Shown: piece after piece, positions 51,115 through 63,724 of the stretch | Numbering within the stretch: position 1 is the first letter of the stretch | Layout: each line of letters opens with the position of its first letter | Origin: Chiloscyllium plagiosum | Lineage: Eukaryota | Assembly (NCBI RefSeq): GCF_004010195.1 | Contig: NC_057754.1 | Span: 584,169 to 648,168, forward strand | Direction of reading: 5' to 3' | DNA: 64,000 nucleotides | Position numbers and translations under genes: made by a program | The notes under the pieces: model-generated | Seen by the model: only the letters and a program-made list of their open reading frames with translations | Database searches by the model: none | Told to the model about the DNA's origin: nothing

Positions 51115-54100
51115 TGCATTCTGTAAATGTGCAGTATTCTTTGTGGAAGGGATGATAAGTGCATGCATGTAAATTTGTACAGCAGCTTTCAACACGTCCT
51201 CAAGTGCTTCACAGCTAATGTCGTAGTTTTGAAGTCTGGTCACTGATGGAGGAAATATGGCAGCCAGTTTGATCGCAGCAAGCTCCTGCAAATATGATGT
51301 TGGCAAGATTATATTTATGACATTGGTTGAGGCCCATCTCATCTGAAAGGCTGCAGGACCCTCACCAACAGTGCAGCATTTACTCAGTCCTGGAACTGGG
51401 GAGTGTGGGTCTGAAATATGTGATCAGGTCTCTGCAGTGGGACAGGAACCCACATCTTCCAGAGGCTGAGATATTCTCAGAGCCATATCTCCTTCCGCAT
51501 CCAAAATGTCCTAATTACCATGCACATTGTACACTAGGTGCAGTTTCTCAGGCATGACATGTAATGGTACGATTCTCTTGCCATTTGCACAACATGGAAG
51601 TTTCATAGAGGTTTCATTTTTAAGGATTTCCTCAGTTTCAATCTTATCCCTATTGAGAACTGGTGAAAAAATGATCATCTGACCCTCTGTATTCTCCTCT
51701 TACCACAGAGAGGTTCAGCAAAACTACCCCGTCTGCTCTGGGTAAGTTCCTATTGTCTGTTAAATCTCTTCTCGGTCATTGTAATCTGGAATTCACCACA
51801 CTGCCTGGTGGGGAACTGGAAGCAGATTCAGTAGGAACTTTCAGAAGCTGATAAATACTTAAAAGGGAATAACATTGTAGGGGGCTATGGGAAAAGGGCC
51901 CCCTTCCATATTGTGCAATTCTGTTTCTGAATGTGGATGTTAGAGTCCCTGTGCAATATGTGCTAAGTATGCATTAATGTGTTGCATCCTGATCCCAGTG
52001 TGTGATTAGTGGCGTTACTACATTCCTCCTGCTTTCACATAAGCAACCTGAAGGGCAGCTGTTTATCTTCCCCAGTGCTGCTGCTTCCTCCAGCCATTGA
52101 GAGCAACTTGACTTGCAGTCTTTTTGGGGGAATATTCACTCAATCAGTAGACAGTGTTGAGCTCTTTGTCAGTTGTGCTGTTGTCTTATAGGAGTGATGC
52201 GTGAAGCCCCGCGATCCATTATAGAAACATGCTAGTATCTGAACTGAGAAAGAGTCAGTCAGGTTTGTGTTTGATGAAACAGTTCTGTTGAACAGAATGT
52301 GTTAACCAAATCACCAGCCAGTAGGTGTCACTAAGTAGGTTAGTAAATGTTCTAAATGCTGCTGACTTTTAATGAGGAGAAAGGACTTCCATTTATATAG
52401 CACCTTGCTTGTTCTAAAAACTTCACAAAGCTGCTTGCCCCCAGTCAATGACTTCTGAAGGGTGGAGGTTCCTGTTCTGTCAGGAACCCCACAAGCAGAA
52501 TTGAGATGGCTATACAAGTTATTTTTGGTGCTGTTTGATAAATGGAGGCCAGGATACTAGAGAGAACATCTTTACTCTTTCTTCCCAAATTAGTGCCATA
52601 GGATCTTTTACATCCATCCACGTGGGCAGCTGGGGTCTGGTTTACATGCTGAAGCCTCTGGAGTGGAACCTGAATCTACAGCCTGACTGGTGCACAGCAA
52701 AATGTCCAGAGATGTAGTTGAATGGTGGTAATGTCTTCTAGTTGCAGTGTGTAGAATCATTGGATCTTTTTGAGTTGTTAGTAAAGGGTTCATACTTTTC
52801 TGCCCTCTTTGCCCCAACACTGGCTGCTGCAGACTAGGTCATGTGACTTGCTTCTCACACTCCCTAATGATACAGTTCTGTCACATGCTCCAAAGAATGT
52901 CTTCGGGAGTTTTGCTGCATCACTTCTGACACCTGTATCCACTCACCCACAATCCTTTGTACTGGTGCTGACATATAAACATGTTACAGACTGGATTCAC
53001 AGGCATGAGAATTACAATACAGTGGTTTTGTTGCTGAGTTGTCATTTCAAGAGAAAGCACAGTTATCTTGTCACCTGTGCATGTGTTTTCATGACGGCAT
53101 GTGTGAAAATAAACTTTGAAAATTGAAATGCAAAGCATGATGTGTGTGGGACTGTACGTTATCTCTAAATGTATTCAGGAGTTTTTTTTGTTGGATCACC
53201 TAATGAGGAACACTCGAGCAGCAGTTCACACTGCTGGGTACGTATACTGTTTCTGTTGCCCCTTGTTTCAGTACTTGGGAAGGATTTTCCCCCCCCCTCC
53301 CCCGAGAGATGGTGCTACCTTGGGAAGAAGAAATGGTCTAAACATGAATCCACTATCTGAAAGAGCGTGCAATATTATGACTTTACCTTCTAGGAGTACT
53401 TCATCATGGAGTCTGGTGAAGGTCAGTGGATCTTTACAACAAGAAGCGTTTTACAAGCGCAGGATATGCAGCTGCCGTCACCTATACGGACTTTGGGAAG
53501 TAATTGATTCGTAACATCTGTGTCCAGCTTCATGAAAAGAAAGAAATGCGTTGAGGTTTACAGAGAACAGTATCACCTGCATAGAATTTACAGCATGAAT
53601 GCTGTGTTGAGTAGTAGCACAATGCTGCCAATTATATGTTTCACACCAGTCTCCTCTCACTCATCTTCAGCTCTTCCTATTTCCATTTGCTTCTATTCCT
53701 CTGTTCCACTGTTTTAGCTGGCCTTCCTTTAAATGCTTTTATTCGTCTCAATTCCCTAATCAGGTGAGATATATATATTGTGTGGTGTATGCTTTTCTGC
53801 CTTTGAGCATGCCTTACTGTTCCCATTCTAGCTCCTTTCCACCAGGGCGTCCTCTCTGCAACAACGTGAACCTAATTCACAGCTTTCCTCTCCAATTTTA
53901 GTTGACCTCAGGGTATCAGGCCCTTTCTGAAGCCAGGCTGTGTCAGTTGAGGTTGTGGGTATGCATGAGTTGTAAACATTCAACTCTTAGTAATTTGGTA
54001 TAGGTCATCCAGCTATAACACATCTCTTGTGAACACAAATTCGCTGTAACACGGTTGATATTTTGGGGACGCTGTTTCTGAAGCACAAATTTTTAAAACT

Positions 54101-54738
54101 TGCCTTGGATGTAATGTGATTACATTGACAACACTAAGTGCAATCATTGTGTTATAAAAGAACTGACTTTACTTACACAAGACACATGCAATAGTGTTAA
54201 GCCTGGGCTCTGCAGGAAGACATTTACGCATCTCTCAAAGAATGGATTTCAGATGAATGTTCTCCTCGTGGGTTTTTGACAGGTGGAAAATTCTCAATGC
54301 CTTGAGTCAACTTCCTGAGCCAAGAGGGTCCACAATTTGATATAAGCTTTATGATGCTGTAGTTGGAAGGCATGGAACATTTCACAGCTCTCATATTAAT
54401 GGGTTTCCTGATTTTTCACTTCAGTTTCTCACACCTATTATGGAGCAAGTATTTTGGTGCCACAGTGTCACCATCTAAGGTAGACTCTTGAGACTAAGGA
54501 TTACTTTAATAACGTCACGTTATGTGATGATCCCCTTCACATAAAATGTTAATTGCTACATCTACATGGCATTGGGTCTAACTGTTTTCTCCCTCTTCCA
54601 GACTAACCTCAGGACTTCCCCACCCATTGTGATATTGGAGGTTTGTGTCCATGTTAGGTAGATCCTGCATGTCTTGTCCCGTATATTGAAAGCTGACTGT
54701 TTGACCCACACTTTCTTGATGTTATTTAATCATTGTCA

Positions 54739-54960
54739 AAAGTTTGGTGCTGGAAAAGCACAGCAGGTCAGGCATCATCTGAGGAGTAGGAGAATCGACG
54801 TTTTGGGCATTAGCCCTTCATCAGCAATTCCTGATGAAAGGCTTATGCCTGAAATATCGATTCTCCTGCTCCTCCAGATGCTGCTTGACCTGCTGTGCTT
54901 TTCCAGCACCACATTCTTGACGCTGATCTCCAGTATCTGCAGTCCTAACTTTTTCTCCTA
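54739..54960. mobile_element. Palindromic Penelope-type mini-element with two opposed hammerhead-like cores
   Basis: Inverted arms around ~54827; degenerate ~18-bp flanking direct repeat. Confidence 0.7.
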
Positions 54961-55209
54961 GTCATTTAATCGTTGACATCTTAGGTCAGTCTCGAAAGCT
55001 ATTAATGTGACATTAGTTGGAGCTGGTCTAGGAGCATGTACTCTGAGTAAATGTGAATTTGCCCATTTTAACAGGAAGGAAAGAAAAGCAGTACACCTTT
55101 AATGGAGGGAGATTGCACAACTCCACAAAACAGAAAGATCTGGACGTCCTGATAAGAGAATCTCAAAGTATTAGTATGCAGGTACATCAAATGATTAGAA
55201 AGACAAATT

Positions 55210-56860
55210 GAACATAGAACATTACAGTGCAGTACAGGTCCTTCGGCCCTCGATGTTGCGCTGACCTGTGAAACCATTCTGAAGCCCATCTAACCTACAC
55301 TATTCCATCCGTCCATATGTCTATTCAGTGACCATTTAAATGCCCTTAAGATTGGCAAGTCCACTACTGTTGCAGGCAATTCGTTCCACACCCCTACTAT
55401 TCTGAGTAAAGAAACTACCTCTGACATCTGTCCTCTATCGCCCCTCAGTTTAAAGCTATGCCCTTTTGTGCTAGCCATCACCATCTGAAGAACAAAAGCT
55501 CTCACCGTCCATCCTATCTAACCCTCTGATTATCTTAATGTCTCAATTAAGTCACCTGTTCACCTTCTCTCTAACAAAAACAATCTTAAGTCCCTCAGCC
55601 TTTCCTAATAAGACCTTCCCTCCATACCAGGCAACATCCCAGTAAATCTCCTCTGAATCCTTTCCAAAGTTTCCATATCCTTCCTATAATGCAGTGACCA
55701 GAACTATATGCAATAGTCCAAATGCGGCCGCACCAGAGTTTTGTACAGCTGCAGCAAGACCTCATGGTTCTGAAACTCAATCCCTCTACCAATAAAAGCC
55801 AACATACCATATGCCTTCTTAACAACCCTATCAACCTGGATGGCAACTTTCAGGGATTTATGTACGTAGACATCTCTACGTACACGAGATCTCTCTGCTC
55901 ATCTGCACTACCATTAGCCCAGTCCTCTTTATTCATGTTACTTCTTCCAAAGTGAATCGCCTCACACTTTTCTGCATTAAACTCCATTTGCCATTTCTCA
56001 GCCCCGCTCTGCAGCTTATCTGTGTCCCTCTATAACCTATAATATCCTTCTGCACTATCCACAACTCTACTGATCTTCGTGTCATCTGCAAATTTACTAA
56101 CCCATCCTTCTATGCCCTCATCTAGGTCATTTATAAAAATGACAAACAGCAGTGGTTCCAAAACAGATCCTTGTGAACTCCAGGATGAACGTTTCCCATC
56201 AACCACCACCCTCTGTCTTCTTTCAGCTAGCCAATTTCTGATTCAAACCACTAAACCACCCTCAATCCCATGCTTCTGTATTTTGTGCAATAGCCTACTG
56301 TGGGGAACCTTATCAAATGCCTGACTGAAATCCATATGCACATCAACCGCTTTACCCTGATGCACATGTTTGATGACCTTATCAAAGAGTTCAATATGGT
56401 TTGTGAGGCATGACCTACCCTTTACACAACCATGTTGACTCCTTAATCAGCTTATTCCTTTCTAGATGATTATAAATCCTGTCTCTTCTAACCTTTTCCA
56501 ACAATTAACCCACAACTGAAGTAAGGCTCACTGGTCTATAATTACCAGGGTTGTCTCTACCCCCCTTCTTAAACAAGGGAACAACATTTGCTATCTTCCA
56601 GTCTTCTGACACTATTCATGTAGACAATGATGACATAAAGATCAAAGCCAAAGCTTTGGTAATCTCTTCCCTGGCTTCCCAGAGATTCCTAGGATAAATC
56701 CCATCCGGCCCAGGGGACTTATCTATTTTCAGACTTGCCAGAGTTGCTAACACCACCTCCTTGTGAACCTCAATCCCATCTAGTCTAGTAGTCTGTGTCT
56801 CAGTAATCTCCTCGACAACATTGTCTTTTCCTAGTGTGAATACTGATGAAAATTATTCAT
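55210..56860 (-). mobile_element. CR1 LINE 3' half
   Basis: Reverse complement of the CR1 at 15470-17152, including the (gttctat) tail. Confidence 0.9.
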
Positions 56861-57620
56861 GGAATGTTGTCATTTATTGCAAAAGGAATAGAATATAAAA
56901 GTTGAGAAATGTTGGTATAGTTTTATAGACCATTGTTGAGATCACATCTGGAACGCGGTGTACAGAAAATAAAAATAAAACTTGCTTCAGAAGCAATTGA
57001 GCGAATTAATTTAAAAATAAATGACTGTATATGCTGGAAAACTGAAATAAAAACAGAAATTGATGAAGAAGCTCAGCAGATCTGACAGTATCTGTGGAGA
57101 GAGTTAAGTTCCAAGTCCAATATAATTGTTCCCAATGTTCGGGAAAAAAAGCTAGATTGGTCTCGAAACATTAACCGTCTCTTCACAGATGCTCCAAGAC
57201 TTGCTGAGTTGATCCAGCACTTTGCTTTTATTTCACTTTAATAATTGATGAAGGTGTTATCTTATGAGGAACAGGTTGAACAGGCTAGCTTTGTAACCAC
57301 TGGGAATTAGAAGAATGAGAGGTGATTTCATTAAAACAGAAGATCTTTAGGGGATTGAAGTCCAGAAGGCGTTTGCCTGGGGGAGGGAATAAAATCAGGG
57401 AACACCGTTTAATAATATAAGGTTTCCCCTATAAGGCAGAATGTCATTTGCCGAGGGTCTTTTGAGTGTGGAATTTTCTTCCCCAGAAGATAGTAGAGAC
57501 TGAGTCTTTAACTTTATTCAAGACAGCATTAGATAACATAACAGATCAGCTGTGATCTTATTGAATGGTAGGCACAATAGCCAAGTGAGCCACTGCTCAA
57601 GCCCTATGTTCCTGTGGATT
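56860..57620 (+). mobile_element. Decayed CR1/L2 3' fragment with Penelope-type insert
   Basis: Residual ORF2 C-terminal similarity. Confidence 0.55.
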
Positions 57621-58699
57621 GCAGCCATGTGCAGCTTTTCTTTGAGGGTGGAGAGAACCCAGTTTTGGGGGGAATCTATGAGGAGTGAATTAATGTGGAC
57701 AGTGGAGAAAGCCATTTATTGGATGTCTCTCAAAGTTTTGACATGTACACAATTGAAGAAATTACCACCAGCAAGCTGGCCTTCTTTAACCTAAAGTTTC
57801 AATGGTATAAACTCTCCAAGCTATTTACACCCTGTTAACTCATGGCTGCTTTGTACCTCTACTTCATTTACCTGTCTATCTCCATGTGCCTTTCCCTAAT
57901 GAAAACCCATCAAGATGGCCTTAATGATTCCAGTGGTCTCCCCGGCCTAGTTAATTACCTTAACATTGAGACTTGTCCATACAGTGTTCTGTGATTCCAG
58001 ACTGGTGGAAGGCAACCTCATCCACATTCATTAAATAACATAGGAGAGCTCTTTGAACCCATTTGAGGCCGCCCCACCTCTTTTCAAGAACAATCAGTTA
58101 GACTCACTTCCCACCTCTTTCTCCTTAATATTTTTTGCCATAAAGTGCTTCCACATTTCCCTTTTGAAACCTGTTATTGAATTAGGCAGTGCACTCCATA
58201 TCCTATCAGTTCATTTAATTAAAATTATTTTTTCACTGGGTGCCACTGGCTGGGGCAGCATATGTTGCCCATCCCCACTGGCTTTGAGAAGGTGGTGGTG
58301 AGCTGCATTCATAAACAGTTGTTAAGAAGAAGAGCCCAGGCTGTTAACCCAACAATACTGATGGAACCGTGATATACTTCCAAGTCCATTGATGTGTGGC
58401 TTGAAGAGGAACTTGTAGGTGGTGATGCTCCCATAAGTCTGCTGTCCTTGTCCTCCTAGGTGGTAGTGTTTCTGGGTTTGGAATGTGCTACTGGAGAAAT
58501 CTTGGTGAATTGCAGCAGTGTGTCTTGTAGGTGGGACAATGATGCCACTAGGTGCCAGTGGTGAAGGGAATGAATGCTGAAGTTGGTGGATGGGAAGTCA
58601 ACCAAGAGGGGCTGCTTTGTCCCTAAAAGCTTTGAGTATTGTTGGATCTGCACTCATCCAGGCCAAGTGGGGAGTATTCCATCACACTCCTTTGTTCTT

Positions 58700-59950
58700 T
58701 ATATAGCAGGTCAGGCAGCATCCAAGGAGCAGGAGAATCGACGTTTCAGGCATTAGCCTATCATCAGGAATTGATGCCCAAAACGTCGATTCTCCTGCTC
58801 CTCAGATGCTGCCTGACCTGCTGTGCTTCTCTAGCACCCCACTCTCAACTCTGATCTCCAGCATCTGCAGCCCTCACTTTGTCCACCATTCAGTTAGATT
58901 ACTGCTGACTGTCTCAATCGACTCTTATCTATGCCTCTCATTATCTTGTATACCTCAATTAGGTCCCCTCTCCTCCTCCTTTTCTCCAATGAAAAAAGTC
59001 CGAGCTCAGTCAACCTCTCTTAAGATAAGCCCTCCAGTCCAGGCAGCATCCTGGTAAACCTCCTCTGAACCCTCTCCAAAGCATCCACATCTTTTCTATA
59101 ATAGGGCGACCAGAACTGGACGCAGTATTCCAAGTAAACCTTTCCTATCCATGTACCTGTACAAATGTCTTTTAAATATTGTAATTGTACTTGCCTCTAC
59201 CACTTCTTTGGGCAGCTCATTCCATAGATGCACCACCCCCTTGTGCAGGTTAGGTGGATTGGCCATGCTTTTTGTCCCATAGTGCCCAGGGAATGTACAG
59301 GCTAGCTAGATTAGCCATAGTAGGTGTAGGGATAGGGTGGGTCTGGGTGGATTGCTCTTCAGAGTGTCAGTGTAAACTTGATGGGCCGAATGGCCTCTAT
59401 CTGTTCTATGATTCTGATACATAAAGTTCAATGCAGTTAGGAACACGACCTGATCTTTATAATAGAACATAGAACAATACAGTACAGAACAGGCCCTTCG
59501 GCCCACGATGTTGTGCCGAACATTTGTCCTAGCTTAAGCAGCTATCCATGTACCTATCCAATTGCCGCTTAAAGGTCGCCAATGATTCTGACTCTGCCAC
59601 TCCCACAGGCAGCGCATTCCATGCCCCCACCACTCTCTGGGTAAAGAACCTACCCCTGACATCCCCCCTATACCTTCCACCCTTCACCTTAAATTTATGT
59701 CCCCTTGTAACACTCTGTTGTGCCGGGGGGAAAAGTTTCTGATTGTCTACTCTATCTATTCCTCTGATCATCTTCTAAACCTCTATCAAGTCACCCCTCA
59801 TCCTTCGCCATTCCAATGAGAGAAGGCCTAGTACTCTCAACCTATCCTCGTACGACCTATTCTCCATTCCAGGCAACATCCTGGTAAATCTTCTCTGCAC
59901 CCTCTCCAAAGCTTCCACATCTTTCCTAAAGTGAGGTGACCAGAACTAAA
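58700..59950. mobile_element. Penelope-type palindrome (58705-58885), CR1 fragments (- 58890-59240, - 59462-59948) and SINE tail (+ 59243-59415)
   Basis: MIRGIDRVD...RFFTQRVVGAWNALP on the minus strand; SINE 3' similarity. Confidence 0.8.
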
Positions 59951-60414
59951 AATAACCTTGTTTAAAGTTTACGAGGGATTTGTTATATAATCCGTGGAGG
60001 AGTGAAATTTTCTAAGCCATCAGTTTGCCATCATTTCCAGCCTGAGAGTGTTGGATCATCAGATTCATCTTGACTGTACCATTGGACCCCAAAGCAGTGT
60101 GCAGGAGGAGGTCAGCTTGCTGTGTTCGCTCAATGCCCAACCCTCTGTTCTAATTGAGAGCTCATCTGGCAGAGCACCATCAGGAGGAAACTCCCTATCG
60201 TGGTGGTCAACAAAGAAACTGTGGTTAAGAGCTTTGGATTGCAGTTTGGGGCAGAGAGACTGCATGAGAGGGTCAGGGTAGATCAGAAAGAAGGCTGAAT
60301 TTGGAGAGACTGGGCTCTCCCCAGTCCTCTGGTAAAAGTCTCTTTTAGGACACCTCCCCCAAATCCAAATGGTGTGCATTAACATTGGTGCTGAGCAAGG
60401 CATTAGGATTCAAA

Positions 60415-60610
60415 ACTAATGCACCTAACCTACACATCCCTGAACACTATGGGTAATTTAGCATGGCCAATTCATCTAACCTGCACATCTACGGATTGTG
60501 GGAGGAAACCACACAGACACGGGGAGAATGTGCAAATTCCACACAGACAGTTGCCCAAGACTCGAATTGAATCCAAGTCCTGGTGCTGAGAGGCAGCAGT
60601 GCTAACCATT
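60415..60610 (-). mobile_element. HE1-like V-SINE
   Basis: Reverse head and V-domain. Confidence 0.85.
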
Positions 60611-60879
60611 GAGAAGAGGGGATGGCAAAATTAATTAAAATAGATATTTGTGTATGCTACATTATTAAAAAAATCTCAATGTCACGCATCAGTGAGAAAA
60701 TAATGAATAAAATCCTTCGCCCCAATTCTGTAAATGTTGATTTGCTGAAAGGGGCTCAGTTTCTGTTGATGCTAAACAAAAGTCTTGGTCTGAGTCTGTA
60801 CGCACAAGTGTTTAAGACCCAGATGGGTTGAAGTCTTCACAGTTAGTGCATTACAAAGAATTGCATTTCTTTGAGTTTG

Positions 60880-61171
60880 TTATATGAAAATATTTTGGCA
60901 CTTTTCTTTGGCGAGGTTCAGTTTCACATCCTGGTGAAACAGTGGGGGTTGACTCGTACAGGTCATAGCCTCCGACATGGCCTCCAGCTGCTCCTGGATC
61001 TCCCTATTGTCCCAGCTGGGGTAGGCAGGAGGAGTGGTAGTCAATTTGCCCAGCGTTGCCCCTGTGTACATGACTGGAGAATAAAGGGTATCTTGAGACC
61101 GGTGCTGCCAGTCATCCTGTTGCCTGTGGATCTTCATGTGAGCGTTTCGACTCTTGATTTTGTAAAACATC
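60880..61171 (-). CDS. Last coding exon of a TRERF1/ZNF541/MIDEAS-family C2H2 zinc-finger protein (MFYKIKSRNAHMKIHRQQDDW...CQNIFI-stop)
   Basis: KIKSRNAHMK.H is the C-terminal zinc-finger signature of this family; acceptor aatccag; frame fits the upstream phase-2 donor. Confidence 0.88.
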
Positions 61172-61837
61172 CTGGATTGTTTTATGTTTGAGGAGGACAG
61201 AAATATTTTAAAAAAACAATTAATAAGGAATCTTGTGTTGTATGGTACAGTAAAGATAAACATTCTATCTGTGATTGTGCACACTTATGTCTGTTCTAGT
61301 AGAACTGTCTTGATCTTTATGTAGCGAAAGTTTCTGTCCATCAATTGTGTCTATTTGTCCCATCCTGTTTGTGCCTGTCTTTCTGTCCCTGTCTGTGTGT
61401 CTCTGTCCTTGTCTGAATCTGATACCTGCTCCTGTCCATGCTCTTGCTTATGCCTCTGTTCCTTGTCGTGGTGGTCAACAAGGGAACTATGGTTGAAAGC
61501 CTTGGATTGAGTGTGGGCCAGCGAGACTGTGCATGAGAGGGTCAGGGTAGATCAGAAAGGAGGCTGAATTTGGAGAGAGAGCTCTCCTCAGTCCCCTGGT
61601 GAAAGTCTCTTTAAGACTCCCACCAGTCCCCAAGTGACTTGAGTTTATGTTGATGTTTGTCTCTGCCCATGTTGATGATTGGCCCACATCTCTGTTTCTG
61701 TCTGTGTCTGTCTGTTTATATCCTTGATCTTCCCATGTTTTTATTGCTGTGTGTCCATGTTTTTTTTTCTCTCTCTTCCCCTGTCTGTATCTCTATGTTT
61801 CCCTTTCTGTCGTATGGCTAATGACAGGTACACTTAC

Positions 61838-61941
61838 TTGCCACATTGTTTGCAGGGAAAGTTGCCGATGACTGTGGGGCAAGGAACCTCTCTCTCCACT
61901 CTGTGAGCATGCTGTATTGATTGAGAACTGGTAAATGGCTG
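61838..61941 (-). CDS. Penultimate exon of the same gene (QPFTSSQ...GNFPCKQCGK)
   Basis: FPCKQCG half-finger, perfect donor GTAAGT; acceptor aag/cag tandem at 61941 or 61938 (5' edge less certain); rest of the gene lies beyond the window. Confidence 0.85.
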
Positions 61942-63289
61942 CTTTGAATTCAAATGAAACAGCAAAAACTTAGAAACATATTCTGGGTCTAAAATATAAT
62001 GATACAAACTACAATTGCCCATGGATGTGCATCATGGATACATCCATTTCAACACTTGATGAAATTCCTTGCCCAATTCTAGAGTGTACTCTCAAAGACT
62101 ACATGAATAGGAACAGCAACACTCTTTGTTCAGACCTTTACGCAGTTCTTCGGGATGTGGGCATCCCATGCAGCGTCACTGTTTATTGCTTATCTCTAAT
62201 TGTGCTTCAGAAAGCAGTGTTGAGCTATCTTCTTGAACTGTGCAGTTTGTGTGGTGTAGGGACATCCACTGTGTTATTAGAGAGGGAGTTCCACAATTTT
62301 GACCCCTTGACACTGGAGGGACAGAGATATATTTCCATGCAAGGATGGTGTGTGGCTTTGAGGGAAACTTGCAGGTAATGGTGTTCTCGTGTATGTGCTG
62401 TCCTTCTCCTCCTGGATGATACTGGTTGTGGGTTTGGAAGCTGTTGTTAAAGGAGCATTGATGAATTTCTGTAGTGTATCTTGTAAATGGTACACACTGC
62501 TGCTGCTGACCATTAGTGGTGGAGTGTGTGTCAATCAGGCGGGCAGCTTTATCCTGTCAAATCTCTTGAGTTTTGCTGGAGTTGCACATATCCAAACAAG
62601 CGGGGAGTATTCCATCACACCTGCCTGGTGCCTTTAGAAGGTGAGCAGACTTTGGAGAGTTGAGAGCTGACACCCATTTTGAATAAAATTACAATTACCT
62701 TGTGCAATATGTGCTAACTCACCACAAGCCTATATAGGCCTTGGGACAGTTTGATTTGGATAGTTCTGATATAAACTGAGAGTGTTCCTAAGAAGTGGAT
62801 AATATTGTAAAATAATTTATCTCAGGGTTAGGAGTTAGTGATCATCCCAGAATGCAAGTGTTGAAATGAAGCCTTGAAGAGGGCTTGAAGTCTAGGAGTT
62901 AAAGATCACAATCAGTTTAAACCAATCAAGGTGTTGAAGAAAGGAACTCTGATGTGAATACTGTACAAGTTTTGCTGTATGGTACTGTATGAGAGATTTT
63001 GTTTTAAATTTGGAAAGGAGAGATTAGGGGTAAATAGCATTACAGTTGTACTTTGTATTTAAACTTTATGAATTTGTATAATAAGTAAAATGTGTTTATC
63101 CAGTTTTATCTTTTTTTTTGCTTAACAAACTTCTGTTTTATTGTTAAAACAAAGACAGTAACATTGAGTGCATTTGTCTCAGTAAGAGTCCAGTTCATTA
63201 AAACCAAATCAAATATGATCTCTCAAGCCAGATTTCAGTCTGAGATGGCAGGACAAACAGAGACTGGATCAGTTAAAGTTCACTGGAGT

Positions 63290-63660
63290 TTAGAGGATGA
63301 AGAATAGAAACTTATAAAATCCTAACAGGACTAGACAGGGAAAATACAGGAAGGATATTCCTGTTGACTGAACCAGGGGCCACAGTCTCAGGATACAGGC
63401 TAGGCCATTTAGGACTGAGATGAGGAGAAATGCCTTCACCAGAGAGTGGTGAGCCTTTGGAATTCTCTGCCACAGAAAGCGGTTCAGGTTAAAGATTTGA
63501 ATGTTTTCAAGAAGGAGTTAGGTATTAATCTTAGGGCTAACAGGAGCAATGGGTATGGGGAGAAAGCAAGAACAGGGTGCTGAGGAGGATAATGAGCCAT
63601 GATCATATTGAATTGTAGAGTAGGCTCAAAGGGCTGAATGGCCTACTGCTGCTCCTCTTC
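63290..63660 (+). mobile_element. CR1/L2 3' fragment
   Basis: gaaacttataaaatcct...gagtggtgagcctttggaattctctgcc, 3' UTR similarity. Confidence 0.7.
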
Positions 63661-63724
63661 GGTTTTTGAGGGATCTGACTTATCCAGTAATAACATCAGC
63701 TAGGATTATAACGCATGGCAAAGG

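Noticed and set aside
52192..52260. C/D-box snoRNA candidate (GTGATGC...CTGA)
   Set aside because: Imperfect C box, no terminal stem and no guide target identifiable
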